Virus record (IMG/VR): IMGVR_UViG_2597489870_000006
Span: 1-57,127 of that record
Source: a virus
Lineage: Duplodnaviria; Heunggongvirae; Uroviricota; Caudoviricetes
Strand: one strand, 5' to 3'
DNA length: 57,127 bases
Each line of letters opens with the position of its first letter. The stretch's first letter is position 1. The position numbers were made by a program, and so were the translations under genes. Below are positions 29,954 through 40,606 of the stretch, piece after piece. The notes beneath the pieces are model-generated. The model saw only the letters and a list, made by a program, of their open reading frames with translations, ran no database searches and was not told the DNA's origin.

Positions 29954-31449
29954 TATGCAGACTCCTCTGAATACTGAAGACGGAACTGGTTAACCACGGC
30001 AAAAACACGCAACTGGTTAACATAGTCAGGCGGGAACAGCGTGTTCAGGCGGTTCGGATCGCTGGCATCACGCTCCACAACCAGATACTGCTTAAACAGT
30101 TCGTAGTTTTCCACGATCCCCGCACGCTCAAGCTGACGGTAGGTTGCCAGCAGTTCCCCTTTGATTACCGCCGGGGTGACAATCGCCTGACCGGGACCAA
30201 AGCGGGTACCGTCGCTGGCAAGCTTGTGACGCCCGTACTTACTGGTAATGACGGATTTCAGTTTGCGCAGTACATACGCACTGGTATGCAGCGTCTCGCT
30301 GTCGAGGTAGCTGTTATCCGCAACCCCGTAAGCATTTTTCCTGTACGTGGTGACATCACGCTGAATGCGCAGCACCCCGCTTTCGACATACGCCGTTGCC
30401 ACGCCATGAGACAGCTGGGTCTGCTGCTCGGTCATCGTGAACCGTTTCCCCTTCGGCGCAGGCAGCATACCCACCAGCTCACCGGTCTGCGTGGGACGTG
30501 CCGGATCGTTGCGGATAAACACCGCTGCGCGGGCGGTACGGCTTGCCGCCAGCTCGTCGGCAGGCGTCTGGGTGTCTTTTTCGTACCCCGCCAGGGTAAT
30601 GTGCTGCTGGTTAAACTGGTCACCTGCGGTCACCAGTTCTGACAGCGTGCCGATCTTTGCCGTATACACATGACCATACAGCTGACGCGCATAGCTCCAG
30701 CGACCGCTGGTATCGTTCATCTCGGTCACCAGCGTGTTAACGGAGGCCGTGTCGTTGAACGGCAGGCCGATATAATCAAACGGCTCATCCGCCATTGCAG
30801 CCACCGCGCCGGTGAGAACAGGAGCGCCCGTTCCGGCGTTCCCCGTCGCCACGGCAATCTGTACGCCCGCTGGCAGCACTTCGCCCCCACCGAAGCCGTA
30901 GTAATTGAGGCTGACAGGAATTTCATTCCCGCAAAGCCCCTTATGACGCGCGGTCAGTGTGACCACGCCAGCCGAAGATGAAGCTGTAAACGGCAGAGTC
31001 GGAACGGCATTGATGGCATCTTTGATACTGCTGGCAATCGTCGTGACGTTATCGCCGTTGGTCACCGGAGCCTGCACGCGGGTACGTCCCACATAGACAT
31101 TCACCGTGCCGCTTTCGGTTGCTTCCCCGGTCACCGTCAGCGTAACCGTTGCCGCCGCGCCTGTGGCTTCCGGAACGGCAATCACATACAGCTCACCAAA
31201 CGGGTCGGTCTGGCGATAAGCCTCGACCATACGCGCCAGCTGACTTCCCGCACCACAAATCTGGCGTGCATAGTCTGCCGACGGCATCAGCACCAGACTG
31301 TTGGCAACAATCTCTGCACCGTTATTGGCATGACCAATCAGCAGCGATGCTCCGCTGTCCTGTGCAGTATTCGCAGCCTGGTTATCCATTTCCGCATAAA
31401 ACAGCGGAACCAGCGTATTCGACGGAATGGTGCTAAAGCTTATCGTCAT
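29953..31449 (-). CDS. contractile tail sheath protein (498 aa)
   Basis: Size and sequence typical of Mu gpL-type sheath proteins. Confidence 0.85.
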   Translation of the reverse strand: MTISFSTIPSNTLVPLFYAEMDNQAANTAQDSGASLLIGHANNGAEIVANSLVLMPSADYARQICGAGSQLARMVEAYRQTDPFGELYVIAVPEATGAAATVTLTVTGEATESGTVNVYVGRTRVQAPVTNGDNVTTIASSIKDAINAVPTLPFTASSSAGVVTLTARHKGLCGNEIPVSLNYYGFGGGEVLPAGVQIAVATGNAGTGAPVLTGAVAAMADEPFDYIGLPFNDTASVNTLVTEMNDTSGRWSYARQLYGHVYTAKIGTLSELVTAGDQFNQQHITLAGYEKDTQTPADELAASRTARAAVFIRNDPARPTQTGELVGMLPAPKGKRFTMTEQQTQLSHGVATAYVESGVLRIQRDVTTYRKNAYGVADNSYLDSETLHTSAYVLRKLKSVITSKYGRHKLASDGTRFGPGQAIVTPAVIKGELLATYRQLERAGIVENYELFKQYLVVERDASDPNRLNTLFPPDYVNQLRVFAVVNQFRLQYSEESA

Positions 31450-31603
31450 CGGTGTTCACCTTTTTATTCACGCGCCGGATATCACCCGCTGCTTCACGGC
31501 GCAGCCAGTAGTTGTTCTCATCAACATTTCGCCCTTCGGCGGGCAAAAGGTCGCCGCGGGCAGGGTCAGGAACTGACCGCCCTTTAACAGGTTTGACAAA
31601 CAT
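31438..31603 (-). CDS. small hypothetical protein (about 55 aa, below track cutoff)
   Basis: ATG at 31603 (MFVKPVKGRS...) overlapping the sheath gene start. Confidence 0.3.
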
Positions 31604-31611
31604 GAGGATCC

Positions 31612-32172
31612 TCAGGAAGGAAGGGTTATTTCGGTGTGATGTTCGATATCGCCGTCAGGCCCGTTACCGGGCTCGAGATAATCAACATCAATCGCCAGCG
31701 TTTGCAGTTCATCCAGACTGTTCAGATCATCCTGCTGGCGGGTATCGTCTTCAGTCAGCTCGCTGATGACCGAAAAATCGAACTGATAAATCAGCTCATG
31801 ACGATTCAGATCCAGCAGCGTGCCGCCGTCATAGGTAATCGGGTTACCGCACGCTTCCGGGTTCCAGCCCAGCAGGGCCTTAAAGAGCATCTGCCGGACA
31901 TCGTCCACCACATCATACGAGGCAAACTGACCGCACTCATCACGCCCGTTACTCAGTATGACAACCACGGAGAAGCCCTCTTTCAGCTCCTGCCAGTAGT
32001 CGGTCTGGCTTTTGTTTTCTCCCGGAGAGTCATCACCCGGTACCACATACGCCGCCGGGAGTCTCAGCTTTCCGACCTCCGGCAGATTTTTGAACTGTGC
32101 CGCGCCTGCCACCCGGTTTTCAAAATACGGGCAGCGGGCACGCAGCGCAGCAATAACAGGCGTCAGTTTCAT
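31612..32172 (-). CDS. putative tail completion / neck protein (186 aa)
   Basis: Position between head-tail joining genes and sheath. Confidence 0.5.
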   Translation of the reverse strand: MKLTPVIAALRARCPYFENRVAGAAQFKNLPEVGKLRLPAAYVVPGDDSPGENKSQTDYWQELKEGFSVVVILSNGRDECGQFASYDVVDDVRQMLFKALLGWNPEACGNPITYDGGTLLDLNRHELIYQFDFSVISELTEDDTRQQDDLNSLDELQTLAIDVDYLEPGNGPDGDIEHHTEITLPS

Positions 32173-32675
32173 CTGTGTCGTCGCTCCGGCTTCAGTGATT
32201 TACGCAATTCCCGCGCCAGAAAATAGCGTGTCCAGCTGCGGTTCTTTTCAAGAGTTTCCACCATGAAGTTATTACGTGGAGCCAGTCGCCAGCCGCTGCC
32301 ACCGGATGCACCACGATGATGACTACGACGACGTTTTGCTCCTCCCCGGACACCAAAAAACAGAAACGCCGGATAGAAGTCACCAGAGATCATCCGGTTC
32401 CCCTTCCCGTTGCGCTGGTTAGGGGCAATGCGTGTCATAAAACCGGCTCGCTTTTTACTGGCTCTCGGCACCATATAACCAATCGAACGAGCCAGGCGTC
32501 CGGTCTGATAACCGGGGTTTTCACCCGGTGCCGACCGCGCACGGCGCATCACCAGCCGACGGGCATCACGCATATGACGCTGCCCAATCGTGACAAACGC
32601 CCGCCGGACACGGGCGCGGTTAAAGCGCATCTCGGCGGGCTGCTGAACATCAACGTGAAAAAAGGGAGTCGCCAT
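32169..32675 (-). CDS. HK97 gp10-family protein (168 aa)
   Basis: Basic protein at the position of HK97 gp10-type head-tail joining proteins. Confidence 0.55.
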   Translation of the reverse strand: MATPFFHVDVQQPAEMRFNRARVRRAFVTIGQRHMRDARRLVMRRARSAPGENPGYQTGRLARSIGYMVPRASKKRAGFMTRIAPNQRNGKGNRMISGDFYPAFLFFGVRGGAKRRRSHHRGASGGSGWRLAPRNNFMVETLEKNRSWTRYFLARELRKSLKPERRHR

Positions 32676-33060
32676 TGCTGCCTCCGTGACTCTGCGTAAA
32701 TTCGCCCAGTTCCGTACACTCCAGCAGCAGAAAGCGCCGCGCCCCGTTCAGATCGCGCTGACGTTTCACCCGGTACACACTGTCATCACAGACCACCTCA
32801 TAATCAGCAGTGATCCCGCGGCGGTAGCGAATGGTGATGTAATGGGTGATGGCGTCCCCGGTCTGCGCGGTTTCCTGCCAGGTGGTGGCACTGGTCTGGA
32901 TAACCTTCGCCCATGCCCGGAACGCAACCGGGTATTGAGGCTCCACGCCAAAGTTATCCGCGGGCATATCCACCCGCTGGCGGATCAGGACGCGTTTATT
33001 CAGTTCGCCGGGGTCCGGCAGTATGTAGGTTGCGCTGGTCTGCGCCTGACGAATTTTCAT
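32650..33060 (-). CDS. head-tail adaptor / head closure protein (136 aa)
   Basis: Position after connector gene. Confidence 0.55.
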   Translation of the reverse strand: MKIRQAQTSATYILPDPGELNKRVLIRQRVDMPADNFGVEPQYPVAFRAWAKVIQTSATTWQETAQTGDAITHYITIRYRRGITADYEVVCDDSVYRVKRQRDLNGARRFLLLECTELGEFTQSHGGSNGDSLFSR

Positions 33061-33425
33061 AGTGGTATAAGGCGATAAGGAGCAACCAACCAGTTAAAAC
33101 TCATTGGCAACTCCATTTTCTCAACGTCTGTAACCGTTGAGCGGTTTTCGTAGAAATGGCTGACAAGTAGCAGGAGCGCCAGCTTCACATCATCAGATAT
33201 CACAAGCCCATCAGGATCATCCGCAGGCCTGTCATCTGCGGTTGCATACAACTTACGGTTAAGGAAGTTTTCCGTACGACTCTGAGCGGCCTTACCAAGC
33301 AGTTCAAGCAACTCATCTTCATCAGAGAAATCATCATCCAGACGGAGCTGAAGCTTAATCTCTTCCATTTTTAACAGCATAAAACCTCCTGTGCCCGCCA
33401 GAACGCGGGCACAAAAAAACCGCAT
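33057..33425 (-). CDS. head-tail connector / DNA packaging protein (122 aa)
   Basis: Position directly after major capsid gene. Confidence 0.55.
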   Translation of the reverse strand: MRFFCARVLAGTGGFMLLKMEEIKLQLRLDDDFSDEDELLELLGKAAQSRTENFLNRKLYATADDRPADDPDGLVISDDVKLALLLLVSHFYENRSTVTDVEKMELPMSFNWLVAPYRLIPL

Positions 33426-33458
33426 TACGCGGCGTGCTGTATTACGTAAAAAGACTAA

Positions 33459-34688
33459 TCAACCACCAACGCTACCTTTCCCCACCAGCGCTTTAATGGC
33501 AGAGGTGTCTTCCAGGATACAGTCAAAACGATGGAAGGCCAGAAAACCGGTCTGATCATATTCCGCGTAACGCTCAACCAGACGTTTAAGAATCATGTCT
33601 CGCACACGACGGATAATGAAGCGATCAAAGTCACCACAGAACATGAATTTTTTACCCGCCCCGATATCATCAATTTCCTGATCAATGACATACGGTACAT
33701 TCAACACTGAAGCAGGTGCCACACCAACAATATCCGGCAACCATAAAGGGCGTCCCTGACCGTCTTCCATCTCACTGATCAGTTTCAGCGTATTATCGTT
33801 AAACGCCAGGCGGAATTTCGGTCCGCGACGATATGCAGGATCAATGCTGTGTTTCAGAGCCAGAATTTCCTGCCACTTCACCGTATTTGCCGCGGCAGTC
33901 TGTGTTGTGCCGGTCACAGATGCGACCAGCCCTTTGGGTTGTTTAGGCGTACCAGCACCAGTTCCCTGAATCAGATAACGGGCTTCACCACGACCAATAC
34001 GTTCAGCAATGCGACGGGCAAGATAAGCTTCCATATCGATCGCACTGTCCTGCAGCAACTCATTAGACACACGAATTATTTTCGATGTCATTTTGAGCGC
34101 CCCAAGGCTTCCCATACCGAAATCGGTGTCTTCTTCACCGGCTTCTTCATTTTCGCCCAGCAGAACACCAACTTCGGAAGTACCATCAGCTGTTGCCCAC
34201 TCCATAGTGCGACCGTCAGAAGTGGTAAGAATCTGCGCCACACTGGCGATGCCACCGTAGGATTTCATCTTCTCAACAACTTTCGCCAGGAATGTTTCTG
34301 GTACGGTATATCCGCCCTTTTCATCCTGAGCTACGCCCTGGGCACGAAGTTCACGCAACGCCTTTCGTTCTTCTGATGTCAGCTCACTGGCACCGTGACG
34401 CATCCACTTATCAAAAACCTGAGCTCGTTTCTCATCCTGTTGTGGATTGTTTTCCGGATCAAGATTCTGACGCTGCTCTTCCTCATTGCTTTCAATGTAC
34501 GCCTGATCCTGACGACGCAGTTCTTCTTCGCGTGCAATTCGTTCATCAAGCGCTTCCAGTTCGGATTTTGCTTTGTTCCACTCAGTGCGCTGCTCTTCCG
34601 TCCATGCGTTATCACCAATTTTTTCATTCAGGGCGCGCATGTCAGTTGCGATAGTATTACGTTTCTGTTTCAGTTCATGCAGTTTCAT
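33459..34688 (-). CDS. major capsid protein, HK97 family (409 aa)
   Basis: Size, N-terminal coiled-coil delta-domain and position after prohead protease. Confidence 0.85.
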   Translation of the reverse strand: MKLHELKQKRNTIATDMRALNEKIGDNAWTEEQRTEWNKAKSELEALDERIAREEELRRQDQAYIESNEEEQRQNLDPENNPQQDEKRAQVFDKWMRHGASELTSEERKALRELRAQGVAQDEKGGYTVPETFLAKVVEKMKSYGGIASVAQILTTSDGRTMEWATADGTSEVGVLLGENEEAGEEDTDFGMGSLGALKMTSKIIRVSNELLQDSAIDMEAYLARRIAERIGRGEARYLIQGTGAGTPKQPKGLVASVTGTTQTAAANTVKWQEILALKHSIDPAYRRGPKFRLAFNDNTLKLISEMEDGQGRPLWLPDIVGVAPASVLNVPYVIDQEIDDIGAGKKFMFCGDFDRFIIRRVRDMILKRLVERYAEYDQTGFLAFHRFDCILEDTSAIKALVGKGSVGG

Positions 34689-34698
34689 GATGTTTCCT

Positions 34699-35301
34699 TT
34701 ACGCGTTAAGAAGGGTCAGGACGCGTTCACGCGCCATACGTTGATTAATGGCTTTCTGTAGCGCGCCGCTGTTGCGCGCCTCCTGCCATGCTTTCATGGA
34801 GCGAACAGCCGAGTCAGCCTCCTGATAGGCAGGATATGTCACAGGACTGACATCCAGCAGACGGGAAAAGCGGGTTATCTCGCGAATAACAACCCCGTCC
34901 TCATCCTGATACCACTCCTCGCCGTCACGGGCGACACGGAAAGCAAAAGATGACTGGTTAATATCTCCACGTTGCATCGGGGCCAGCACCAGATCACGAA
35001 TGGTCTGTGTCTCCGGAGCCTGGATGTCATAGCGCAATCCGCGCTCATCAACTGAAAGATTCAGCGTGCCTGCTGCACTACGCCCAAGAATAAAATTAGG
35101 ATCGTGGTTAAACAGTGCGCGTACATCATCACCAAGCACATCGTCAAAAGCGCCGGGCCGGATGATTTCGCGGAATGAACCAAATATCAGCTCAGAACGA
35201 CAGTCAAACACCGATCCATAACCGATAATGTGCGCAGGGTTATCGTCATGCCGCTCAGCACGCACCTCACCGCTGTAACAACGGATTTCACGGTCATTCA
35301 T
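34699..35301 (-). CDS. prohead protease, HK97 family (about 200 aa from ATG at 35301)
   Basis: Protease-like sequence between portal and capsid; SD GAGGG before ATG at 35301. Confidence 0.75.
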   Translation of the reverse strand: MNDREIRCYSGEVRAERHDDNPAHIIGYGSVFDCRSELIFGSFREIIRPGAFDDVLGDDVRALFNHDPNFILGRSAAGTLNLSVDERGLRYDIQAPETQTIRDLVLAPMQRGDINQSSFAFRVARDGEEWYQDEDGVVIREITRFSRLLDVSPVTYPAYQEADSAVRSMKAWQEARNSGALQKAINQRMARERVLTLLNA

Positions 35302-36520
35302 TGGTTTTTCCCTCATCATTTTTTGGGGGCTTAAAATCTCCTGCCGGGTTAGCAGCATTCACGCTTACCAGCATCTCATCCAGCCCTTCAACCGGATTCA
35401 TATCCTCGAATGCGCGGGCTTCATTACGGCTCATCCATCCATCGGTAATAGCGAAGTGATAGAATTGCGCGCGCTCCTGCGGAGTTCCGCGTAAAAGCCC
35501 CGTCAGATTGAACCTGACGTAATACCCGGCGGCTAACTCAGCGCGGGTAAACAAGCGACGGTTAAGCTCCTGCTCCCAGTTCGTCACCCACGGCATCATC
35601 GTGTAGCGGACAAACTGAATCGCCTGCGCAGAAATATTGGAGAAGGTGGCTTTTTCGAGGTCATTAATCATGTGCGCAGGAATATTGAAAATACCGGCAA
35701 TCATTGAACGGTTCAGTTTCATCATGTCAATGATCTGAGCGTCAACTGGCGACACAGTCAGTGCCTTGTAATCCAGATCGGCTGGCAGCAGCATGGTTTT
35801 GTTTTCCTGGCTGCGTAACGCCTGCGATGCCTTCTGCCACTGATCTTTAAGCCAGCCCCAGCTGTCCTTATTGAGTCCGCTTTTAACGGATACTATCCCC
35901 GCCGGACGGGCATTACCGCTGAAGAAGCTTTCTGTGTATTTCTGACCGCTCATCCCCATGCCTATTGTTTCGGCATGTTGCATAATCGGACTCAGCCCCA
36001 TCTTCTGATTATTACCCAGCGCACGGATGTGGATCATATCGTCGGGGCTGATCGCAAACGCCCCATATTCGTTGTACAAACCGTAGGTGTATCGGCCACC
36101 AGTATTCATCAGCGTCGTTTCCCACGGCATACAGCAATCCAGGGATATGACTTCACCGCGACGATTACGTTTCACCCAGGTATACCCATTCCCCCAGCCA
36201 AGGATGTGACGTTGCTTCAGTTCGCGCCATTTGTAACTGGTTTGCCAGGTATTGGGCTCATCATGAACCAGATAAAACGCCGGATGATCGCGTGCGGGCT
36301 CAACCTTCCCATTGTGCCTGCGCATAACATGCAACGGCATCTGGGCAAGGCTGGAAGACAGGACATAGATACAGGAATACACCGCAGCCAGTTTCATCGC
36401 AGTTTCAGGACGGACATAAACGTCTGTCCGGAACAGCCCATCAGTATCAACGGCATCCCCGGTTATCGGGGTGGAAGGATTCTCCAGTGATTTACTTCTG
36501 AACAGAGCATCAAGCAGCAC
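35294..36520 (-). CDS. portal protein (408 aa)
   Basis: Size and position after terminase large subunit. Confidence 0.85.
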   Translation of the reverse strand: MLLDALFRSKSLENPSTPITGDAVDTDGLFRTDVYVRPETAMKLAAVYSCIYVLSSSLAQMPLHVMRRHNGKVEPARDHPAFYLVHDEPNTWQTSYKWRELKQRHILGWGNGYTWVKRNRRGEVISLDCCMPWETTLMNTGGRYTYGLYNEYGAFAISPDDMIHIRALGNNQKMGLSPIMQHAETIGMGMSGQKYTESFFSGNARPAGIVSVKSGLNKDSWGWLKDQWQKASQALRSQENKTMLLPADLDYKALTVSPVDAQIIDMMKLNRSMIAGIFNIPAHMINDLEKATFSNISAQAIQFVRYTMMPWVTNWEQELNRRLFTRAELAAGYYVRFNLTGLLRGTPQERAQFYHFAITDGWMSRNEARAFEDMNPVEGLDEMLVSVNAANPAGDFKPPKNDEGKTNE

Positions 36521-36671
36521 GCGTCCCCCTTCTGGCCATAGCCAGTGCGCCCACCAGCAGTAAACCGCCGGACAGCATCAGAGCCGGAGCCATACCAAAC
36601 TGCAGGTAAAACCCGCACGTAAGCAGGCCAAAACCAGCCAGCCCGATAACATCAGCAATTAGTGATTTCAT
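36513..36671 (-). CDS. small membrane protein (52 aa, below track cutoff)
   Basis: ATG overlapping the terminase stop (ATGA); hydrophobic sequence [26 protein letters not shown]... Confidence 0.4.
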
Positions 36672-38401
36672 AGAATTAAGAGAGCATCGTCCGGATCAAG
36701 AGATGAGAGGAAATCGTCGGGTTCTTTGAGCATTGCCCGACCGATCGCCATAATCAGCGCAACCGCACCATCGATTTTGTTTTCCGCCTGCTCCTTGACA
36801 GGCTTCACCACATCATCGTTACCCGGAATGGTTTTGCCGACCACGTTGCCGATACACCAGGTCATGATGGGATTGCCGTCATGATGAAAGCGCCCCGATT
36901 CAATCGCCGCTTCCAGCTCTTTCATCGGATCGGACATGTTGGTGTAGTTCTGAATGATGGTGATGGGGTTCAGGTCTTCATCAGCAAGGTCATGCGACAG
37001 CCCGGTCGCCCCGAAGGGGTCGATGGGTGACTCACTGACCGGGCTGATTTTGTTCGCCGCTTTGGCCTCCTCGAGGATGTAGCGATAATCCACCTCCGCA
37101 CCAGCGGTAACAGTCAGAACGCCCATTTCCACCCATTTCTGAAAGCGTTCGGCTGTCCGGCGATCTTCATTTTTCTCGACGCTGTACACCGTGTCATACG
37201 GTACCCAGAAACGCGGGGCCACACTGTAGTAATGCGTTTTACCGTCAATCTCGCGGGTATAAAGTCGCGCCATGCTGTTCATATCCAGCTTACGCGCCAG
37301 GTCAAAGGCCAGAATGCACGGCTGCCCCTCGAACTGCTCAAGGGTCAGTGATTTATCCTCGCAGCTCTGCCAGCTCACCAGGTTGAAATACGCCGAACGC
37401 GCCGACACCCAGATATTGAGGTGTTTTGTTTTAAAGACGTTTGCCAGACGGGCGTTATTTTTCGCACGCTGCTGCTGACTTAACAAAAATTCGCGATAAA
37501 CCGACACGCCAATATTTGGATTGGCTTTTTCCAGCACCTGCGGGTCGGTCCAGTCGTCACCTTCATCAACGGTATAGATGATCCCGAACAGTTCATCGTT
37601 GGGTACCGAACCGTTGAGCATCTCGATAATTTCCCGCCGCTTGTCGTAGCACGGCCCCTCAATGTTGTACCCGGCGGTGGTGATGGCCCACATCAGTGGC
37701 TGACGTCGCGCCCCCATCCCGGTAAGCATCGTGGTATAAAGCGCATCGGTGGCGTGCTCGTGATATTCATCCACCACCGCACAGTGGGGTGATGAACCAT
37801 CACCAGGGTTACCGATCAGCGGTTCAAACCGCGCACCATCCTCCGGACGGTTCATGTTTGAGGCGTTAACCTCAATCCCGAACGCTTCCGTCAGCATGGG
37901 TGTGCGTTTACACATCAGTCGTGCCGGACGAAAGACTTCCCATGCCTGTTTCTCCGTCGTGGCACCGGAATACACTTCCGCGCCGAACTCGTTATCACAG
38001 GCAAAACAATACAGGGCAACACCGGCAGAGATTGCCGATTTGCCGTTCTTACGGGGGATTTCGGTATACACCTCCCGGAAGCGGCGCAGCCGGGAGCCTT
38101 TATTGACCCAGCCAAACGCGCAGCAGATCACAAAGAGCTGCCACGGCTCCAGCGTGATGGGCATCCGTTTGAATGCCCACTCACCCTTGGTGTGCGGCAA
38201 CAGCTGAATAAATTTCGCGGCCCGTTCAGCCTGGTCCTTGTCGAAGCGGTAACGAAACGACTTACTTTTTTCCGCCATCAGGTCATCAAGATGGCGCTGG
38301 CAGGCCTGAATCACAAACTGGCAGGCCACAATCTTTCCGCGCACGACATCACGGGCATACTGATTGGCTGCATTTACGTTGGGGTAAGATTTCCGGCTCA
38401 T
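36668..38401 (-). CDS. terminase large subunit (577 aa)
   Basis: N-terminal ATPase and C-terminal nuclease-type composition; position before portal. Confidence 0.85.
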   Translation of the reverse strand: MSRKSYPNVNAANQYARDVVRGKIVACQFVIQACQRHLDDLMAEKSKSFRYRFDKDQAERAAKFIQLLPHTKGEWAFKRMPITLEPWQLFVICCAFGWVNKGSRLRRFREVYTEIPRKNGKSAISAGVALYCFACDNEFGAEVYSGATTEKQAWEVFRPARLMCKRTPMLTEAFGIEVNASNMNRPEDGARFEPLIGNPGDGSSPHCAVVDEYHEHATDALYTTMLTGMGARRQPLMWAITTAGYNIEGPCYDKRREIIEMLNGSVPNDELFGIIYTVDEGDDWTDPQVLEKANPNIGVSVYREFLLSQQQRAKNNARLANVFKTKHLNIWVSARSAYFNLVSWQSCEDKSLTLEQFEGQPCILAFDLARKLDMNSMARLYTREIDGKTHYYSVAPRFWVPYDTVYSVEKNEDRRTAERFQKWVEMGVLTVTAGAEVDYRYILEEAKAANKISPVSESPIDPFGATGLSHDLADEDLNPITIIQNYTNMSDPMKELEAAIESGRFHHDGNPIMTWCIGNVVGKTIPGNDDVVKPVKEQAENKIDGAVALIMAIGRAMLKEPDDFLSSLDPDDALLIL

Positions 38402-38901
38402 GATTCGATAATTTTCAGAAACGGGTTAGTGGCTTTCTTCTGCCCCGCCAGGCCAATCAGACGCTGGCGGCTGCTGGGGTCGAGTCCGAGCATTGCCCCC
38501 GTGCTGCTCATCTCGGACTCCTGTTCTTTCTTGGCGGTCAGCTCCGGATTTTTGACCATACCGCCCATTGCACCGGTGATGGTGTTGCCCTGGCTGGCAA
38601 TATTTTTCACGGCACGTCGCCAGAACTCATAGGCTACGCACCACCGCTCAAGCACCGCGAGGTCAGTCACGCACAGCAGGCCCTGACCGCAGAGTTCTTT
38701 GGTTGTCAGTTGCCACATGATCGTGGCGAGAGGGAGATTTTCTTCTGCGAACCACTCCGGTGGCTCAACGCCTTTGATGGGCGTAAAAACAGGTTCATCT
38801 TTGTTCAGGGCTCGCTTGCCGGGGTTTCCGGCCAGCGCCTTGCGCGCCGTTGGCTTGGGGCGACGCCCGGAACGCCCCGCCGTTCCAGCCATATGCGGCA
38901 C
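38398..38901 (-). CDS. terminase small subunit (167 aa)
   Basis: Basic N-terminus and position directly upstream of the large subunit. Confidence 0.75.
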   Translation of the reverse strand: MPHMAGTAGRSGRRPKPTARKALAGNPGKRALNKDEPVFTPIKGVEPPEWFAEENLPLATIMWQLTTKELCGQGLLCVTDLAVLERWCVAYEFWRRAVKNIASQGNTITGAMGGMVKNPELTAKKEQESEMSSTGAMLGLDPSSRQRLIGLAGQKKATNPFLKIIES

Positions 38902-39017
38902 TCCTGGTTAAATTTCATTTTTCGCGGGTATAAAAAAACGATGGGGCGGGCAGTCCGGAAGACGTCAGGTCACAGAGATTTGACCCGCCCCTCCCCTCAG
39001 ACAGTTGAGAATTATGA

Positions 39018-39368
39018 TCACTTTAGCCGTTCACGGGCCGTCTTCGCCTTATGGCACGGCCAGCACAGGCTCTGCAGATTACTGTCGGCATCTGTGCCGC
39101 CATGCGCTTTAGGGATGATGTGGTCAACAGTTTTCGCCTCACGCACCACACCAGCACGCAGACATAGCTGACACAGGCCTTTGTCACGCTTCAGGACACG
39201 CACGCGGATAACATCCCACTTCGAACCATAACCGCGCTGATGACGGGATTGTCCTGGCTTGTATTGCTTCCAGCCTTCGCTTTTATGGCTTTCGCAGTAG
39301 CCTGACGGGTCCGTGGTTGTAGAGCGGCAGCCGCGAACACGGCAGGCTTTTGGGATTCTAGGGGGCAT
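39018..39368 (-). CDS. HNH endonuclease (116 aa)
   Basis: Cys/His motifs CxxC...HxxxH...CxxCH; typical location upstream of terminase. Confidence 0.8.
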   Translation of the reverse strand: MPPRIPKACRVRGCRSTTTDPSGYCESHKSEGWKQYKPGQSRHQRGYGSKWDVIRVRVLKRDKGLCQLCLRAGVVREAKTVDHIIPKAHGGTDADSNLQSLCWPCHKAKTARERLK

Positions 39369-39418
39369 ATAAAAAATTTATAATAAGTAAAATAATAAAG
39401 AAAAATACTCAAAGGCAA

Positions 39419-39973
39419 TTATCTTGACTCAAATACAAATCTAGAAGAGATGAGCTTATCAAGCATTTTCATAAGTAAATCCTTACTCTCACCACCATTT
39501 ATATATTTATTAAAGTTAGACTCGAACTCATGCCAAACTTTTTCTAACTCAGTATTATCAAATAAGTGCTCTGTCGCAAACCATGAAGACTGGCAACAAT
39601 CGAAAATACTCAAAAGTTCATCAAATCTTTTAACATTCTCTTCTCCCAACTCAATTTGCTGACTAATAAGATCTACATCTTTAAATAGCCATTTCGCAAT
39701 AACTTGCTCTCGTTCATCATTGAGTTGCTCGGGGTCAATATTGACAGGCATAAATAATAGAGCTGTCTTTAATTTCTTTAATGCATTCCTAAAATCTATT
39801 TTTACTTTTGTTTTCTCTTGTTCCCGCCACGTAAACAATGCCTTGAACGCCAAAAACAAAGTAACAATAGTAGCTCCAGCACTCACCCAAGATGCAATCA
39901 TTGCCCAACAAGCCCACTCAGCAGCAGCACGGTTTGCTACAAGTGTCTCATATGCAATATAATTTTCGTTCAT
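39419..39973 (-). CDS. AT-rich moron: single-pass membrane protein (184 aa), function unknown
   Basis: One N-terminal TM helix (AAEWACWAMIASWVSAGATIVTLFLAF); low GC; lies between lysis cassette and packaging genes. Confidence 0.6.
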   Translation of the reverse strand: MNENYIAYETLVANRAAAEWACWAMIASWVSAGATIVTLFLAFKALFTWREQEKTKVKIDFRNALKKLKTALLFMPVNIDPEQLNDEREQVIAKWLFKDVDLISQQIELGEENVKRFDELLSIFDCCQSSWFATEHLFDNTELEKVWHEFESNFNKYINGGESKDLLMKMLDKLISSRFVFESR

Positions 39974-40050
39974 TTTTACCTCACTGTTAATAGTGAGAGT
40001 ATTGTAACTAAAAGCATAATAACTAGAACAGTCAAATAATAATATTTCAC

Positions 40051-40329
40051 CTAATGAATATTATTATTCAAATGCAGATTGTACTTTTGCTCTCCTAACC
40101 TACGAAGATCAGACTTATCACGGTTACATAGCCCCAGTGCTGATAGCAGACTTACATTCAAACTAAGACTATCCCCATAAGTCAGAGGATTGGGTATAAC
40201 TGGCTGTGGAGTTTCAGCGAGCAGGTTCGTCGGTAACGGCATCGTTGGAACCTGCACGTATACTGTCCGCGTACTTCCGCAACCGGTCAGCAGCGACATC
40301 AGGCACAGGGCGTGAAGCACAATCATCAT
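40051..40329 (-). CDS. Rz1-like o-spanin lipoprotein (overlapping Rz, alternate frame)
   Basis: Internal start giving MMIVLHALCLMSLLTGCGS lipobox, embedded in and extending past Rz. Confidence 0.5.
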   Translation of the reverse strand: MMIVLHALCLMSLLTGCGSTRTVYVQVPTMPLPTNLLAETPQPVIPNPLTYGDSLSLNVSLLSALGLCNRDKSDLRRLGEQKYNLHLNNNIH

Positions 40330-40606
40330 CCGCAACAGCCACTTTGATATCTTCCTGGGCTCTCTGTGACTCCAGTGCGATCTGCTGTTTTGCATGCTGG
40401 TTAGCCTCCAGAACTGTATTGACGATTTGTAGTGATTGCAGGACGTTATTGGTAATGGCAGTTGCTGATTCAGCATTTCGTACAGCCTCATCAGCACGTT
40501 TCTTTTCGTACTGATATTTGCTGTAGTAGTGGTTGGCCGACCAGATGAAAGAACCAATGACAGTAACGAAGAAACCAACGATAACCAGCTTATAGCTCAG
40601 CTTCAT
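40214..40606 (-). CDS. Rz-like i-spanin (130 aa)
   Basis: N-terminal TM helix then coiled coil; follows endolysin. Confidence 0.7.
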   Translation of the reverse strand: MKLSYKLVIVGFFVTVIGSFIWSANHYYSKYQYEKKRADEAVRNAESATAITNNVLQSLQIVNTVLEANQHAKQQIALESQRAQEDIKVAVADDDCASRPVPDVAADRLRKYADSIRAGSNDAVTDEPAR

